Positions 28,372-38,979 of a DNA stretch of 64,000 bases are shown here, one piece after another. The DNA is taken from the IMG/VR virus record IMGVR_UViG_2639762784_000001, positions 1 through 64,000 of that record; one strand, written 5' to 3'. The notes beneath the pieces are model-generated. The model saw nothing but the letters and a program-made list of their open reading frames with translations, did no database searches and had not been told where the DNA came from. The stretch comes from a virus. Its lineage: Duplodnaviria > Caudoviricetes. How positions within the stretch are numbered: position 1 is the first letter of the stretch; the number at the start of each line of letters is the position of its first letter. The position numbers were made by a program, and so were the translations under genes.

Positions 28372-28902
28372 ATGAGCAGCAGCACCCCCGACTGGGGAAC
28401 CCTGCGGAAGCGCCTCGACAACATCAAGTTGCCGGTGGCGGCCTTCACCATCTGCGAAGACCCCGACCTTCGACAGGACCTCGCCCGCGCCAAGGCCAAC
28501 CACCAGAAGGCCACCGACCGGCTCGCCGCCGGCGACGACACCGAATCCGATGTGAAGGCCTTCCTTCAGAAGACGGTCGACACCGCCAAGGCGGACCTGG
28601 CAGCCGCACAGAAGGCGTTCGACAAGGCGTCCGTCACCCTGCGCTTCACCGCCCTGGAACGGAAGGCCCTCGAGGCGCTCCAGAAAGAACACCCGCCGGC
28701 CGAGGCAGACGAAGCCAACGGCGAAGACTTCGCGATGGAGACCTTCGCGCCCGCCCTCATCTCCGCCGCATCCCTGGACGGCATGCCCCTCGAGGACGCC
28801 CAGCACTTCCTCAACACGTGGTCGACGGCGGACGCGACGTCCCTGTGGCGGGCCGCCTGGGGAATCCAGCACCAGCAGCGGACCGACCTGGGAAAAGGCT
28901 GA
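28372..28902 (+). CDS. Tail assembly chaperone (gpG-like)
   Basis: Between tail tube and tape measure; ends at the slippery site. Confidence 0.8.
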   Translation: MSSSTPDWGTLRKRLDNIKLPVAAFTICEDPDLRQDLARAKANHQKATDRLAAGDDTESDVKAFLQKTVDTAKADLAAAQKAFDKASVTLRFTALERKALEALQKEHPPAEADEANGEDFAMETFAPALISAASLDGMPLEDAQHFLNTWSTADATSLWRAAWGIQHQQRTDLGKG

Positions 28903-29264
28903 TCGATGATGCCGACTTCCGCGCACAGATGGAGCTCTGCCACAAGTGGGGCATCCCCCATTCGCAGTTCCGCGGGCACGGAGACGGCACCTGGTCGGAC
29001 CTCGACCGCCGCAAGGCCCTCGCCTACGCCCACTACCTGCGCTCCGTATGCCCGACCTGCGGGACCCGGCCCGAGGAGTGGGACGAGCACCTGGGCGGTG
29101 ACGAGGACGCCTACCGGGCCACCACCCACCGCTGCACCGGCTGCCAACTCATCCAGGACCGACAGAAAACCGTGCCCGACGGCGACGAGGGGCACGGCGT
29201 GAAAGTCGCATTGATCCCCACCAGCGTCGCCGCAGCCCTCGAACTCCACAGCCAGCACCACTAG
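28890..29264 (+). CDS. Tail assembly chaperone extension (gpGT-like) via -1 programmed frameshift
   Basis: G GGA AAA heptamer at 28890-28896 before the TGA; the -1 frame is open to 29264. Confidence 0.8.
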   Translation, partial: GKRLIDDADFRAQMELCHKWGIPHSQFRGHGDGTWSDLDRRKALAYAHYLRSVCPTCGTRPEEWDEHLGGDEDAYRATTHRCTGCQLIQDRQKTVPDGDEGHGVKVALIPTSVAAALELHSQHH

Positions 29265-29282
29265 CCCAGGAAGGAGCCCACC

Positions 29283-32200
29283 GTGTCCGAGTGGAATCTG
29301 TCGGTACGCCTCACCGGGCAGGGCTCCGACCTCGCACGCACCCTCCGCAGCCTTTCCCACGACGCCAACAACGCCTCCCGCAACGTCCAAGCCCTCCGCC
29401 GGAACCTCCAACAGCTCCGCCGCGAGACGCGAAACCCCATCCGTGTCCGCCTCGACGTGGACGCCGCACACCTCCGCAGTGCCGGCGCAGGGCAGGGCCT
29501 GGCCGTGAACCTGCGCCTCGGCAACGCCATGCAGCTACGGCGCGAGGTGGAAGATGCGGTGCGTTGGGCGACGTGGGGGCACCGCATCGAAATCCCCATC
29601 GGCCTCGCCGACCCGATGCAGCTGCGCCGGGACGTCACGGCCGCCGTGCGGTGGGCGCAGGACAACCAGCGGATCCGCCTGCGGGTCGACGCGGACACCA
29701 GCGCTCTGCGCGGCCTGGGCGGCACCCTCGGCGGCGGCTCGGGCTCCAGCAGCGGCGGCCTCGACATCGGTCTCGCCGGACTGCTACCCATCGCCACCGC
29801 CGCGATCCCTCTGATTGCCGGGCTGTCCACCAGCCTTGGGCCGCTCGCCGCCGGGTTCACGGCCAGCGGTACAGCAGCGACTGCGTTCGGGATCGCCCTT
29901 GCCGGACAGATCGGTCCGCTCACCGAGGTCGCGGACGCGCAGACGAAGTACGAGGAAGCAGTCCGGGAACACGGCCGGTCATCCGGGGAGGCGACGGAAG
30001 CACAGATCAAATACCAGCAGATCCTCGCCGAACTGCCGCCGGAAGCGCAGCAGGCCGCCATGGCGATATCGCGGCTGAAGACGAACTTCGGCGACTGGTC
30101 GGATGAGATGTCCGGCTTCACCATGGCCCCGCTCACCAAGGGCATCACCGTCCTCGACCAACTCATCCCGCGCCTGACTCCGCATGTGAAGTCGGCGTCC
30201 ACCCAGCTGGACCGGCTGGTCACCGTCGCCGGCGGCGCCATCAACACGCCCGGCTTCGACGCGATGACCGCGAAGTTCGCCGACTTCACAGACCGGCAGC
30301 TGGACGAGATGACCGACGGCGTCATCCACTTCCTGCGTGTCCTGTCCGAGGGCGGTGCCTTCCAGGACGGGCCGATCGCCGAGTTCATGGCCTACGCCCG
30401 CGCGAACGGGCCTGCCGCCCGCGAAGCGCTGTCCGCTATCTCTGCGGCTGTAGTGACGCTGCTGCGGGCCGCGGCGGAGGCCGGGCCGACCATGCTCACC
30501 CTGGTCACCGCGTTCGCGAACCTGGTGGCGGCGCTACCCCCCGAACTGGTCGGCATCATCCTCCAGGTCGCCACCGCCCTGAAACTCCTCCAGCTCACGG
30601 GGGCGGGCATGGCCGTGCTCGCCGCCGGGCTGGGCCGGGTCCGTACCGCGGTGGCCGCCCTCGGCACCACGGCCGCCACCGCAGGCGGCGGCATCGCCGG
30701 ACTGAGGGCCGCGTTCCTGTCCCTCGGGCTCGCTGCGCGGGCATCCATCGTCATTGCCGGGATCGCCGCCGTCGTCGTCATCTTCAAGGAACTCTCGGAG
30801 ATCGGGAAGCAGGCCCCGCCAGACGTCGACAAACTCACCACCTCCCTCGGAAAGCTCGGGCAGACCGGCAAGGTCGCCGGCGAGGCATCGAGGGCGTTCG
30901 GCAAGGACCTGGGCGGCCTCGCCGACAGCCTGCGCACCCTCTCCAGGCCCTCCAATCTGGACAAGACGCAACAGTTCCTGACCAGCCTGGTCGGCATGGA
31001 CTCCACCCCGGTCAAGGAAGCCAAGGAGGACCTGGACGCCGTCGACAAGTCCCTCTCCAACCTGGTGAAGGCCGGCAAGGGCGACATCGCCGCGGCAGCG
31101 TTCGAGCGGATCGCGGCCGCGATGCGCAAGCAGGGCATGTCCGGCAAGGAGCTCCGGGAGCAGCTGGACGACTACAAGTCCGCCCTCGCCGACCAGGCCT
31201 TCGAAGCCGAGCTGGCCGCCCAGTCGATGGGCATGTTCGGACAGGCGGCGCAGGAGACGTCGGCGAAGCTCGCAGACCAGAAGGCCAGCGCGGACGGTCT
31301 CCGCCAGTCGATCATTGCCCTGAACGACGTCAACCGGGCCGCCGGCTCCGCGATGTCCGCGTTCGAGCAGTCCATCGACGACACCACTAAAGCGATCAAG
31401 GAGCATGCCGGGGCGCTGAAGATGCGCGACGGGGAACTCGACCTCGGCTCCCAGAAGGCCCGCGATGCCGAAGCCGTCCTCTCCGACCTCGCCGCGAACA
31501 CGGATGCCGCCGCGGCCGCTGCCCGGGAGCAGGGCAAGAGTTGGGAGTACGTCAGCGGCATCCAGGAGCGCGGCCGGGCTGCGTTCATCGACGCCGCCGA
31601 CGCCATGGGCCTGTCCAAGGCGCAGGCGGAGGCGCTCGCCGACTCCTACCTGGCGATCCCTGACGAGAAGTCCACGCGGATCGACATGCGCACCGAGGAC
31701 GCCATCGCCGGCCTGGACGCGGTCATCGCCGCGATCGAGGAAACCCCGGACAAGAAGTCCGTCACGGTGGACGCCCTCACCACCCAAGCCGTCACCATGC
31801 TGGAAAGCCTCGGCTTCAAGGTGACCGAGCTGAAGGACGGCCGTTTCAAGGTCATCGCCGAGACCGGGACCGCCGGCAGCGCCCTGGATGAGCTGAAGGG
31901 TCGACGCGACGGACTTCAGGACAAGACGATCACGATCGACGCGGCGACCGTGGGCGCGATCACGGACCTGGAGAAGATCAAGGCGAAGGTCGCCTCCACC
32001 AACGGCAAGACCATCACGATGAAGGCGCCGACCGCTGAAGCGCGCCGCCAGCTCGAGCTTCTCGGCTTCAAGATCCGGGACACCAAGGGGAAGAACGTCA
32101 CCATCACCGTGCCGACCGGCTCGCAGCGCGCCAACGTCAGCGCCCTCGCCTCCGCCATCGCTGGGCTGCGGAACAAGAGCGTCACGGTCACCACCACCTT

Positions 32201-33638
32201 CTACGAGCGGCACATCGTCTCCAGCACCGGTGAGGCCCGCTCCCGCACCAAACTGCGACCCGGGTCGTACGCCGACGGTGCGGTGGTCGACTACTACGCC
32301 GATGGTGGCTTCAGCCCCCGAGTCCGAGCGTTCGCGAACGGCGCGGAGAACCACATCGCGCAGATCGCCCGCCCCGGAGCGTGGCGGATGTGGGCCGAAC
32401 CGGAGACCGGCGGCGAGGCGTACATCCCGCTCGCCCTGTCCAAGCGGGAACGCTCCCGCGCCATCGCCGAGGAGACCATCCGCCGCCTCGGCGGCGACCC
32501 GGACACGGTCCAGTGGAACGCCAACGGATCCATCACCGACTGGCGCTACGACCCCGCCTCCGGGTCCCTGTACTCGCCGTCCGACGCCGGGTCGGCGGGC
32601 CGGAAGACGAAGAACGTGAAGGGCAAGGAAGTCTCCTACTTCGACCTTGGGGCGGTGGAGCGGAAGCTGGTGTCCGCGGGGCGCGCCACGGCCGCATGGA
32701 ACCGCAACCTGGAGAAAGTCGCCGAACTCGCCGGCGGGGACGTCGCCCAGGCCCTCGCGTCGATGGGTAAGGAAGGCGAGGGCCTGGCCAGGAAGATGGC
32801 CACCGGGTCGAAGAAGTACATCGCGCAGATGAGCATCGCGCTGCGCGACCTTCAGAAGACGGCGCGGGCCACCCTCGGCGACTACAGCGTCCAGTTGAAC
32901 CACGCCATGGGGAACCAGGACCTGTTCGTGAAGAACCTGTCCAAGCTGTCCGCGCAGGGGTACGGCGACCTTGCCGGGCAGCTCGCCGCGCAGAACGACC
33001 AGGCGGCCCGTGAATTGGCCGCGGCGGCGGTGAGCGACAAGAAGAAGGCAGGCAAGGCCAACACTGCGGCGAAGCGCGCAAACAACGCCCTGACCGGCGA
33101 GCAGGTGCGGGACCTGGTGCAGATCATCGCCGCGATCAGGAAGCCAACCACCGGCATCCACGACGTGGCAGCCGCTACCGGTCTGGGTGAGGACGTCATC
33201 ATCGAGATCGCGACCAAGGCTCAGGGGCAGATCCAGACCGCCCTCGGCTCCCGGTCGGGCCGTTTCATTGCCGACCTGCGGAAGGCGAACGCGCACCAGG
33301 CGTATGCGGACGGCGGTATCCGCGCCGGCATGTACGCCACCCGCGACGGGATCATCCGCTTCGCGGAACCGGAGACCGGCGGGGAGGCGTACCTGCCGCT
33401 GTCCCCGTCCAAGCGCCGCACCGCGCTGCCCGTCCTCCACGACGTCGCCACCCGCTTCGGGCTGGGCCTGACCGACGCGCGTGCCACCCAGCCGGTCGTC
33501 ATCGTCCACGAGTCCAGCCCCACCACCGTCCAGGTCACCGCCGTGCGTACCGGGGCGTCCGCATCCGACATCGGAGCCCAGGTCGGCCGCAGTGTCCGCC
33601 GCGCGCGTAGGGGAGGGGTGGCCGCCCGTGCCGCTTGA
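29283..33638 (+). CDS. Tape measure protein
   Basis: 1451 aa, Ala-rich helical; AEPETGGEAYIPL motif occurs twice. Confidence 0.9.
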   Translation: MSEWNLSVRLTGQGSDLARTLRSLSHDANNASRNVQALRRNLQQLRRETRNPIRVRLDVDAAHLRSAGAGQGLAVNLRLGNAMQLRREVEDAVRWATWGHRIEIPIGLADPMQLRRDVTAAVRWAQDNQRIRLRVDADTSALRGLGGTLGGGSGSSSGGLDIGLAGLLPIATAAIPLIAGLSTSLGPLAAGFTASGTAATAFGIALAGQIGPLTEVADAQTKYEEAVREHGRSSGEATEAQIKYQQILAELPPEAQQAAMAISRLKTNFGDWSDEMSGFTMAPLTKGITVLDQLIPRLTPHVKSASTQLDRLVTVAGGAINTPGFDAMTAKFADFTDRQLDEMTDGVIHFLRVLSEGGAFQDGPIAEFMAYARANGPAAREALSAISAAVVTLLRAAAEAGPTMLTLVTAFANLVAALPPELVGIILQVATALKLLQLTGAGMAVLAAGLGRVRTAVAALGTTAATAGGGIAGLRAAFLSLGLAARASIVIAGIAAVVVIFKELSEIGKQAPPDVDKLTTSLGKLGQTGKVAGEASRAFGKDLGGLADSLRTLSRPSNLDKTQQFLTSLVGMDSTPVKEAKEDLDAVDKSLSNLVKAGKGDIAAAAFERIAAAMRKQGMSGKELREQLDDYKSALADQAFEAELAAQSMGMFGQAAQETSAKLADQKASADGLRQSIIALNDVNRAAGSAMSAFEQSIDDTTKAIKEHAGALKMRDGELDLGSQKARDAEAVLSDLAANTDAAAAAAREQGKSWEYVSGIQERGRAAFIDAADAMGLSKAQAEALADSYLAIPDEKSTRIDMRTEDAIAGLDAVIAAIEETPDKKSVTVDALTTQAVTMLESLGFKVTELKDGRFKVIAETGTAGSALDELKGRRDGLQDKTITIDAATVGAITDLEKIKAKVASTNGKTITMKAPTAEARRQLELLGFKIRDTKGKNVTITVPTGSQRANVSALASAIAGLRNKSVTVTTTFYERHIVSSTGEARSRTKLRPGSYADGAVVDYYADGGFSPRVRAFANGAENHIAQIARPGAWRMWAEPETGGEAYIPLALSKRERSRAIAEETIRRLGGDPDTVQWNANGSITDWRYDPASGSLYSPSDAGSAGRKTKNVKGKEVSYFDLGAVERKLVSAGRATAAWNRNLEKVAELAGGDVAQALASMGKEGEGLARKMATGSKKYIAQMSIALRDLQKTARATLGDYSVQLNHAMGNQDLFVKNLSKLSAQGYGDLAGQLAAQNDQAARELAAAAVSDKKKAGKANTAAKRANNALTGEQVRDLVQIIAAIRKPTTGIHDVAAATGLGEDVIIEIATKAQGQIQTALGSRSGRFIADLRKANAHQAYADGGIRAGMYATRDGIIRFAEPETGGEAYLPLSPSKRRTALPVLHDVATRFGLGLTDARATQPVVIVHESSPTTVQVTAVRTGASASDIGAQVGRSVRRARRGGVAARAA

Positions 33639-34527
33639 TCTGATCGACTGGCAGTACGACCTGGGTGGTGTCCTCATCGGCACCGGCACCACGGTGGACG
33701 TCATCGAGACGACCGGCCTGGGCCGCCCCCCGGTACGGGAGTCCGATGTCGACCAGCCGTCCATGGACGGCCAGTTCGCCGGCCCCGACCACTGGGCAGG
33801 TCGGCAGGTCCAGATCGATGCCGCCATCCGCACCCCCGGCAGCCCGGCCGCCTGCCACGACATGGTCGCCGCGCTTCAGGCCGTCACCGACCCGGCCGAC
33901 GTCCGGCTGGTGGGCGGGCAGGGCATGGTGCTGCGCATCAAGCGGCCCGGACGGCCGGTGAAAAGACTCACCGTGCGCGCCCGGAGGGTGGATCCCGAGT
34001 ACGGGCAGGTCATTCACGGCTACGTGCCCCTGGACCTCGAGTTTTTGGCCCACGACCCGACCTTCTACGCCGACGAGGAATCCACCACCGAACTCCCGTT
34101 GGGCTGGCTGGCAGGTGGCGGATTCGCTGCGCCGGTGGTCGCGCCGGTCTATGTGCAGGACGGGACGGTGGCCGCGGACCGGCCCGGCTGGGTCACCAAC
34201 GCCGGCAGCGCGGACGCCTGGCCCATCCTGCGCGTGATGGGGCCGTGCGCGAATGTGACCATCACCCACGTCGCCTCCGGACGCGCCCTGGCCCTGCCCA
34301 CGCTGAACCTGGCGGCTGGCCGCTGGGTGGAGATCGACACCCGCCCGGGTTATCGCACCGTCACCTGGGACAACGGCGGCAACGCCTCCACCTACCTGTC
34401 CCCGAGCAGCCGCATCGACCTGTTCTCCATCCCCCCGGGGACGTCGGAGATGCGGTGGACCGCCTTCGACAACACGAACTCCGGCCGCCTCCGCGTCACC
34501 TGGCGCGACGCCTACATAGCCCTCTAG
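33628..34527 (+). CDS. Distal tail protein (Dit-like)
   Basis: Follows the tape measure; DPTFY, NAG..WP, IPPGTS..WRDAY. Confidence 0.75.
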   Translation: MPLDLIDWQYDLGGVLIGTGTTVDVIETTGLGRPPVRESDVDQPSMDGQFAGPDHWAGRQVQIDAAIRTPGSPAACHDMVAALQAVTDPADVRLVGGQGMVLRIKRPGRPVKRLTVRARRVDPEYGQVIHGYVPLDLEFLAHDPTFYADEESTTELPLGWLAGGGFAAPVVAPVYVQDGTVAADRPGWVTNAGSADAWPILRVMGPCANVTITHVASGRALALPTLNLAAGRWVEIDTRPGYRTVTWDNGGNASTYLSPSSRIDLFSIPPGTSEMRWTAFDNTNSGRLRVTWRDAYIAL

Positions 34528-34537
34528 GAGAGCCGAC

Positions 34538-35473
34538 ATGGCACTGTTTGCACGGCCCATCCTCACCAACGGGGCCACCCACCCGGCGCAGCAATTCCGC
34601 ATGCTGGTGCGGGACCTCGCCAACGGCGCGGAGGGCGTCACCCAGGGCGACGACCTGAAAGTGGCCCAACGTTCCACCCCCGGTAGTGGTGTGACGATCG
34701 GCGACGGCTCCGGGATCGTCCGCGGCCGCGCCAACACGTTCCAGGGCCACTACGCGGTGTGCAACATCGGAGCCGCTGACGTGCCGGTAGCGGCAACAGG
34801 GGGAACCGGACGATCCGACATGATCATTGTTCGGGTGGAGGACCCCGAATACGAGGGCAGCCTGGACCCGCAGGTCGATCAGGTCACCTACTTCGACGTC
34901 ATCTCCAACGTGTCCGCCTCCGCCACGGTCATCCCCGACGGGCGCACCGGCATCCCCCTGGCCCGGATCGACATCCCCGCCTCCACCAGCACCATCACCA
35001 ACGCGATGATCACCGACCTGCGGAAGATCGCAAACCCGCGCCGCCAGCGCCGCATGTACACCCACTCACCGGCCAGCGACTCCAGCCTGATCGGCTCCTC
35101 CACCACCTACTCCTACTTCTCCACCGAAGCCGGGCAGAACATCGCCATCCCCGACTGGGCCACCACCGCCCGGATCCGCGTCGACGTCTGCCCGCTGCGC
35201 TACAGCGTCGACAACTACTTCGGCGCCCTGCGCGCCACCTTCGGCTCCTCCCTGACCCTCCAGTTCACGTCCCTCGACGACAACCAGGGGACCGGCATCC
35301 GCAAAATTCCCGCGATCGTCGCCGACACCCTCACCATCCCCTCCTCCTACCGCGGCACCACCCAGCTGCTGCGCGCACAGGCCAACGGCGCCTCCGGCAA
35401 CGGCGGACGGATCAACGTCACCACCAGCACGACGTTCGTGTACGACGTGGAGTTCGAGGAGGCTCCCAGGTGA
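34538..35473 (+). CDS. Minor tail/baseplate protein
   Basis: DLKV..RSDMIIVRV..IPLARI..ITDLR motif. Confidence 0.7.
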   Translation: MALFARPILTNGATHPAQQFRMLVRDLANGAEGVTQGDDLKVAQRSTPGSGVTIGDGSGIVRGRANTFQGHYAVCNIGAADVPVAATGGTGRSDMIIVRVEDPEYEGSLDPQVDQVTYFDVISNVSASATVIPDGRTGIPLARIDIPASTSTITNAMITDLRKIANPRRQRRMYTHSPASDSSLIGSSTTYSYFSTEAGQNIAIPDWATTARIRVDVCPLRYSVDNYFGALRATFGSSLTLQFTSLDDNQGTGIRKIPAIVADTLTIPSSYRGTTQLLRAQANGASGNGGRINVTTSTTFVYDVEFEEAPR

Positions 35474-36573
35474 GCGTCGCGCCACCGGCCAGGGTCCTCA
35501 CCCGGCACGCTCTCACCGGTGCCTGGCTGTCGACCGCGCTACCGGTCACGGATCTGGAGTACGGGCCGGAAGTGTCCGGGCCCGGCGAACTGCGCGGCAC
35601 CCTCTCCCCGCGGCTGGTCGCCTCCCATCCGACACTGGCCGACCCGGGCACCACGGAAATCTATGTGGAGGCCGAGGACCAGCTGGAGTGGGGCGGCCTG
35701 ATCTGGGACGTCCGCGCACAGGGCAACAACTACACGATCGAGGCCGCGTCCTGGTCGTCGTACCTGCAGAAGCGTTTCGACCTGGACGGGGAGCACGGAG
35801 CCCGCGGCCCCTACGTGTATACAGACCGCTGCCAGGTCATCCGCAACATTTGGGCGTACGCGCAGTCCGTCCCCGACGGCGACATAGGCGTGGTCGTCGA
35901 CTCCACCACCAGCACCTCTACGGTCGGCACACCGGCCGACGTCCACCACTCCTACTGGTACGACACCAAGAGCCTCGGGGACCAGGTCGACGAGCTTGTC
36001 TCCGACCAGGGGACCCCCGAATACACGTGCACCACGTCCTGGAACCCCGACAAGAGCGACGTCGTGAAGCGGATCCGGCTGGGCTGGCCGCGTCTCGGTG
36101 CCCGACGCAGAGACATCGAATTCTCGTCCGGCGTGAACATCATCGAGGAGCCCGAGGAAGCCCTAGCCGGGGACGACTACGCGCAGGTCGTCATCGGCAC
36201 CGGCGCGGGCGACGGCAGCGCGAAACTCAGGCAGATCTCCGCCGTCCGCAACGGCCGGCTCCGCCTCGAGGCGGCCGTCGCCTTCCCTGAAGTCAACGGC
36301 ACCGACGTCCTCAAACAGCGGGTGGAGTGGGAACGCGCGTGGCGGCAGACCCTGGGCGCGGTCGAGACGGTCACGATCCGCGACACCCCCGCCGCACCGT
36401 TCGGGTCGTGGCAGGTGGGTGACGACGTGTACGTCCGCATCCACAACGCCTGGACCAGCTACACCGGCTGGTGCCGGGTCACCGGCTGGACCATCAAGCC
36501 CACCGCGCCCGGCGGCCCGCAAGCACAGGTCTCCCTGAAACCGTCCGCAATGTACACCTACGGAGGTCAGTAA
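35470..36573 (+). CDS. Minor tail (hub/Tal-like) protein
   Basis: WGGLIW, GAGDG, WQVGDDV; synteny. Confidence 0.7.
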   Translation: MSVAPPARVLTRHALTGAWLSTALPVTDLEYGPEVSGPGELRGTLSPRLVASHPTLADPGTTEIYVEAEDQLEWGGLIWDVRAQGNNYTIEAASWSSYLQKRFDLDGEHGARGPYVYTDRCQVIRNIWAYAQSVPDGDIGVVVDSTTSTSTVGTPADVHHSYWYDTKSLGDQVDELVSDQGTPEYTCTTSWNPDKSDVVKRIRLGWPRLGARRRDIEFSSGVNIIEEPEEALAGDDYAQVVIGTGAGDGSAKLRQISAVRNGRLRLEAAVAFPEVNGTDVLKQRVEWERAWRQTLGAVETVTIRDTPAAPFGSWQVGDDVYVRIHNAWTSYTGWCRVTGWTIKPTAPGGPQAQVSLKPSAMYTYGGQ

Positions 36574-38057
36574 TGGACATCGGGCGGAAACTCGCCGAAC
36601 TCGAGGCGCGCCTGAACCGGGTGGAGGGCTCCCCACGCCTCTCCCATGCCGCACTCGACAACGCCAACATCGTCATCAAGGACGATGCCGGGCAGGTGCG
36701 GGGCCGGATCGGGATGCAGGACGACGGCACCATCGGCCTGATCGCCGTGGACGGGCCCGCACCCGGCGCCCCGAACACGCCCGTGGTCACCTCCACCATC
36801 GGCGGCCTACGGATCGTGTGGGACGGCACCCTCGCCTCCGGCCTGGCCCTGCCCGCCGACTTCGCTCACGTCGCCGTCCACGTCTCCACCACCGCCGACT
36901 TCACCCCATCAGCGGGCACCTACGTCGGCACCATCACCAAGGCCGGAGACGGCGGCATGCTGCCCGTCCTACCCCTGCCGTACGTGCCGCACTACGTCCG
37001 CCTCACCGCAGTCAACACCTCCGGCGTAGCGGGGGACCCATCGCAGGAGACCACCGCGACCCCCATCAAGGTCGACGGCCCGGACCTCCAGGCCGGATCG
37101 GTCACCGCCACCACCATCGAAGCTGGCGCCGTCACCGCGGAGAAACTGGAGGCGGTCCTCCAACTCGTCACCCGCCTGGTAGCCGGCGACCCGGCCGGCG
37201 CCCGCGTGGAACTCAACGAGGACGGGCTACGCGTCTACAACAGCCTGGGTGGGCTGGTGATCCAGTTCAACTCCGCCGACGGTTCCGCCGCCTTCACCGG
37301 CGCCATCACTGGTAGCACCGTCACCGGCGGACTCATCCAGACCGCCACCAGCGGTGAACGGATCGCCATCAACGAGTCCGGGAACAACCGAATCCTGGTT
37401 TACGACAGCGCCAACAAGGCGGTCGCGTCACTCACCCCCGGCGGTATCGGCCTGGCAGGTCCCACTGGGAACGCCATGTCCATCAGCCCTGCGACCACCT
37501 ATCCGTCCATCCGATGGCTGAACGCCGCCCAGGACAAAACTGCGCGTATCCAGGTCCTCACCTCGGCGGCCGGGGACCTCAACCTGCAACTCCAGAACAG
37601 CATCGGCCACTCCCTGTACCTGCTGGAGAACCGTATCTACGTCGGTGGCACCACCCTGCAAGTGCTGCCCGCCGCCAGCGCCTCCAGCGGCTTCTACCTG
37701 GAGGCCGAGACCGGCCACACCGGGCACCTGTTCCGCCTGGTCCGTGACGGCGACAAGTTCACCGTCGACAAGGACGGCAACACGACCACCCCCGGCAGCC
37801 TGACCGCCGGGAACATCACCACAGGCCGCATCTCGATCACCCCTAGTGCCGCAAACGCGCCCACCTCCGCCAGCGTCAGCGGCCTGAACATCAAGGGCAG
37901 CACGATCCGGGTCGTGGCCACCCCCTCCACCTCCGTCCCCGGCACCTCGGTTCTCGGGGTCGGCGTCACCAACGTCACCACCACAGGTTTCACCGTATGG
38001 CTGACCCGCACCAACACTGCCTCCACCGGAATCGACTGGATAGCGATCGGATCATGA
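36573..38057 (+). CDS. Tail fibre/central tail protein
   Basis: FN3-like IVWDG..YVRL; GAVTAEKL repeat; C-terminal TGFTV..WIAIG lectin-like end. Confidence 0.75.
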   Translation: MDIGRKLAELEARLNRVEGSPRLSHAALDNANIVIKDDAGQVRGRIGMQDDGTIGLIAVDGPAPGAPNTPVVTSTIGGLRIVWDGTLASGLALPADFAHVAVHVSTTADFTPSAGTYVGTITKAGDGGMLPVLPLPYVPHYVRLTAVNTSGVAGDPSQETTATPIKVDGPDLQAGSVTATTIEAGAVTAEKLEAVLQLVTRLVAGDPAGARVELNEDGLRVYNSLGGLVIQFNSADGSAAFTGAITGSTVTGGLIQTATSGERIAINESGNNRILVYDSANKAVASLTPGGIGLAGPTGNAMSISPATTYPSIRWLNAAQDKTARIQVLTSAAGDLNLQLQNSIGHSLYLLENRIYVGGTTLQVLPAASASSGFYLEAETGHTGHLFRLVRDGDKFTVDKDGNTTTPGSLTAGNITTGRISITPSAANAPTSASVSGLNIKGSTIRVVATPSTSVPGTSVLGVGVTNVTTTGFTVWLTRTNTASTGIDWIAIGS

Positions 38058-38422
38058 CCACAGAGGCCGAACCCACGCCCGAGTCCGAGCCCAACCCCAT
38101 CGAGCCCACCCCGCTGCCTGAGGAGCCGCCCCCTCCACCGCCGGACGAGGTGCCGCCGCCGCCTGCCCCGGAGCCGCCGCCCGCTCCCGACATGCCCACC
38201 ACGCCGATCACCTTTGAGCCGGCCACCTACTACGAGGTCGACTCCGTCTGCCTGACTGCGGACAGGGGTGATGGCGAGCCGTGCCGCAATCTAAACGTGA
38301 CCGCGACGGATCCGATGGTGTACTCCAACGCTGGGAAGCCGATCATTTTCTGCGGCGTGTGCTCCAAGTACCGGACCATCCTGTCCGCGACCAAGCTGGA
38401 CCCGCAGCCCGAGGTGTCGTAA
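38054..38422 (+). CDS. Pro-rich small protein with Cys motifs
   Basis: Coupled start; C..C..CGVC. Confidence 0.6.
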   Translation: MTTEAEPTPESEPNPIEPTPLPEEPPPPPPDEVPPPPAPEPPPAPDMPTTPITFEPATYYEVDSVCLTADRGDGEPCRNLNVTATDPMVYSNAGKPIIFCGVCSKYRTILSATKLDPQPEVS

Positions 38423-38594
38423 CCCGCTGTCGGCCCGGAGCCGGGCGGGGGCAACGTCTGCCCCGCCCGGCCCGTAGCCTGACCACAGGGCGACCCTCCG
38501 CCCCCTCTGCTCCAGCCCCCGAGGGACGGCCGCACGCAGTGGCCCGCCACAGCATCATCAGCTCTGGGCGCGGGGAGATCCAGGAGCACGGGCA

Positions 38595-38978
38595 ATGCCC
38601 GATCCGATCACACAACAGGACGAGCAGACGGCTGCCCGGAAGAAGACCGCTCCCGCCCCGGAGCCCTCCCCGGCCCCCAGCCCCGACACCACCGTCGTCG
38701 ACACGGCACGGTACGAGCCGTACCCCGGCGCCGCGTTCTTCCACGGCGGCCGACACTCACCCCTCTTCGCGGCGATGGCCCGACGCCTCGATGCCGAAGG
38801 CTGCACCGACGGCCGCCACCTCGGACCGGACTGGACGACCGCCCACCGCGACGCGTTCGCCACCTGGCAGCGCACCCTGCGCCCCAAGGAGGGCGGCGAC
38901 GTGTCCGGCATCCCCGACCAGGTCGCCTGGGACCGACTCCACGTCCCGCGCATCACACCCCTTCCCAAGGAGACCTGA
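38595..38978 (+). CDS. Stand-alone peptidoglycan-binding domain protein
   Basis: YEPYPGAAFF..GPDWT..WQR..GIP..WDRLHVP. Confidence 0.75.
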   Translation: MPDPITQQDEQTAARKKTAPAPEPSPAPSPDTTVVDTARYEPYPGAAFFHGGRHSPLFAAMARRLDAEGCTDGRHLGPDWTTAHRDAFATWQRTLRPKEGGDVSGIPDQVAWDRLHVPRITPLPKET

Positions 38979-38979
38979 G

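Noticed and set aside
28890-28896. Frameshift in the tail chaperone as a pseudogene or novelty
   Set aside because: Canonical programmed -1 frameshift of long-tailed phages
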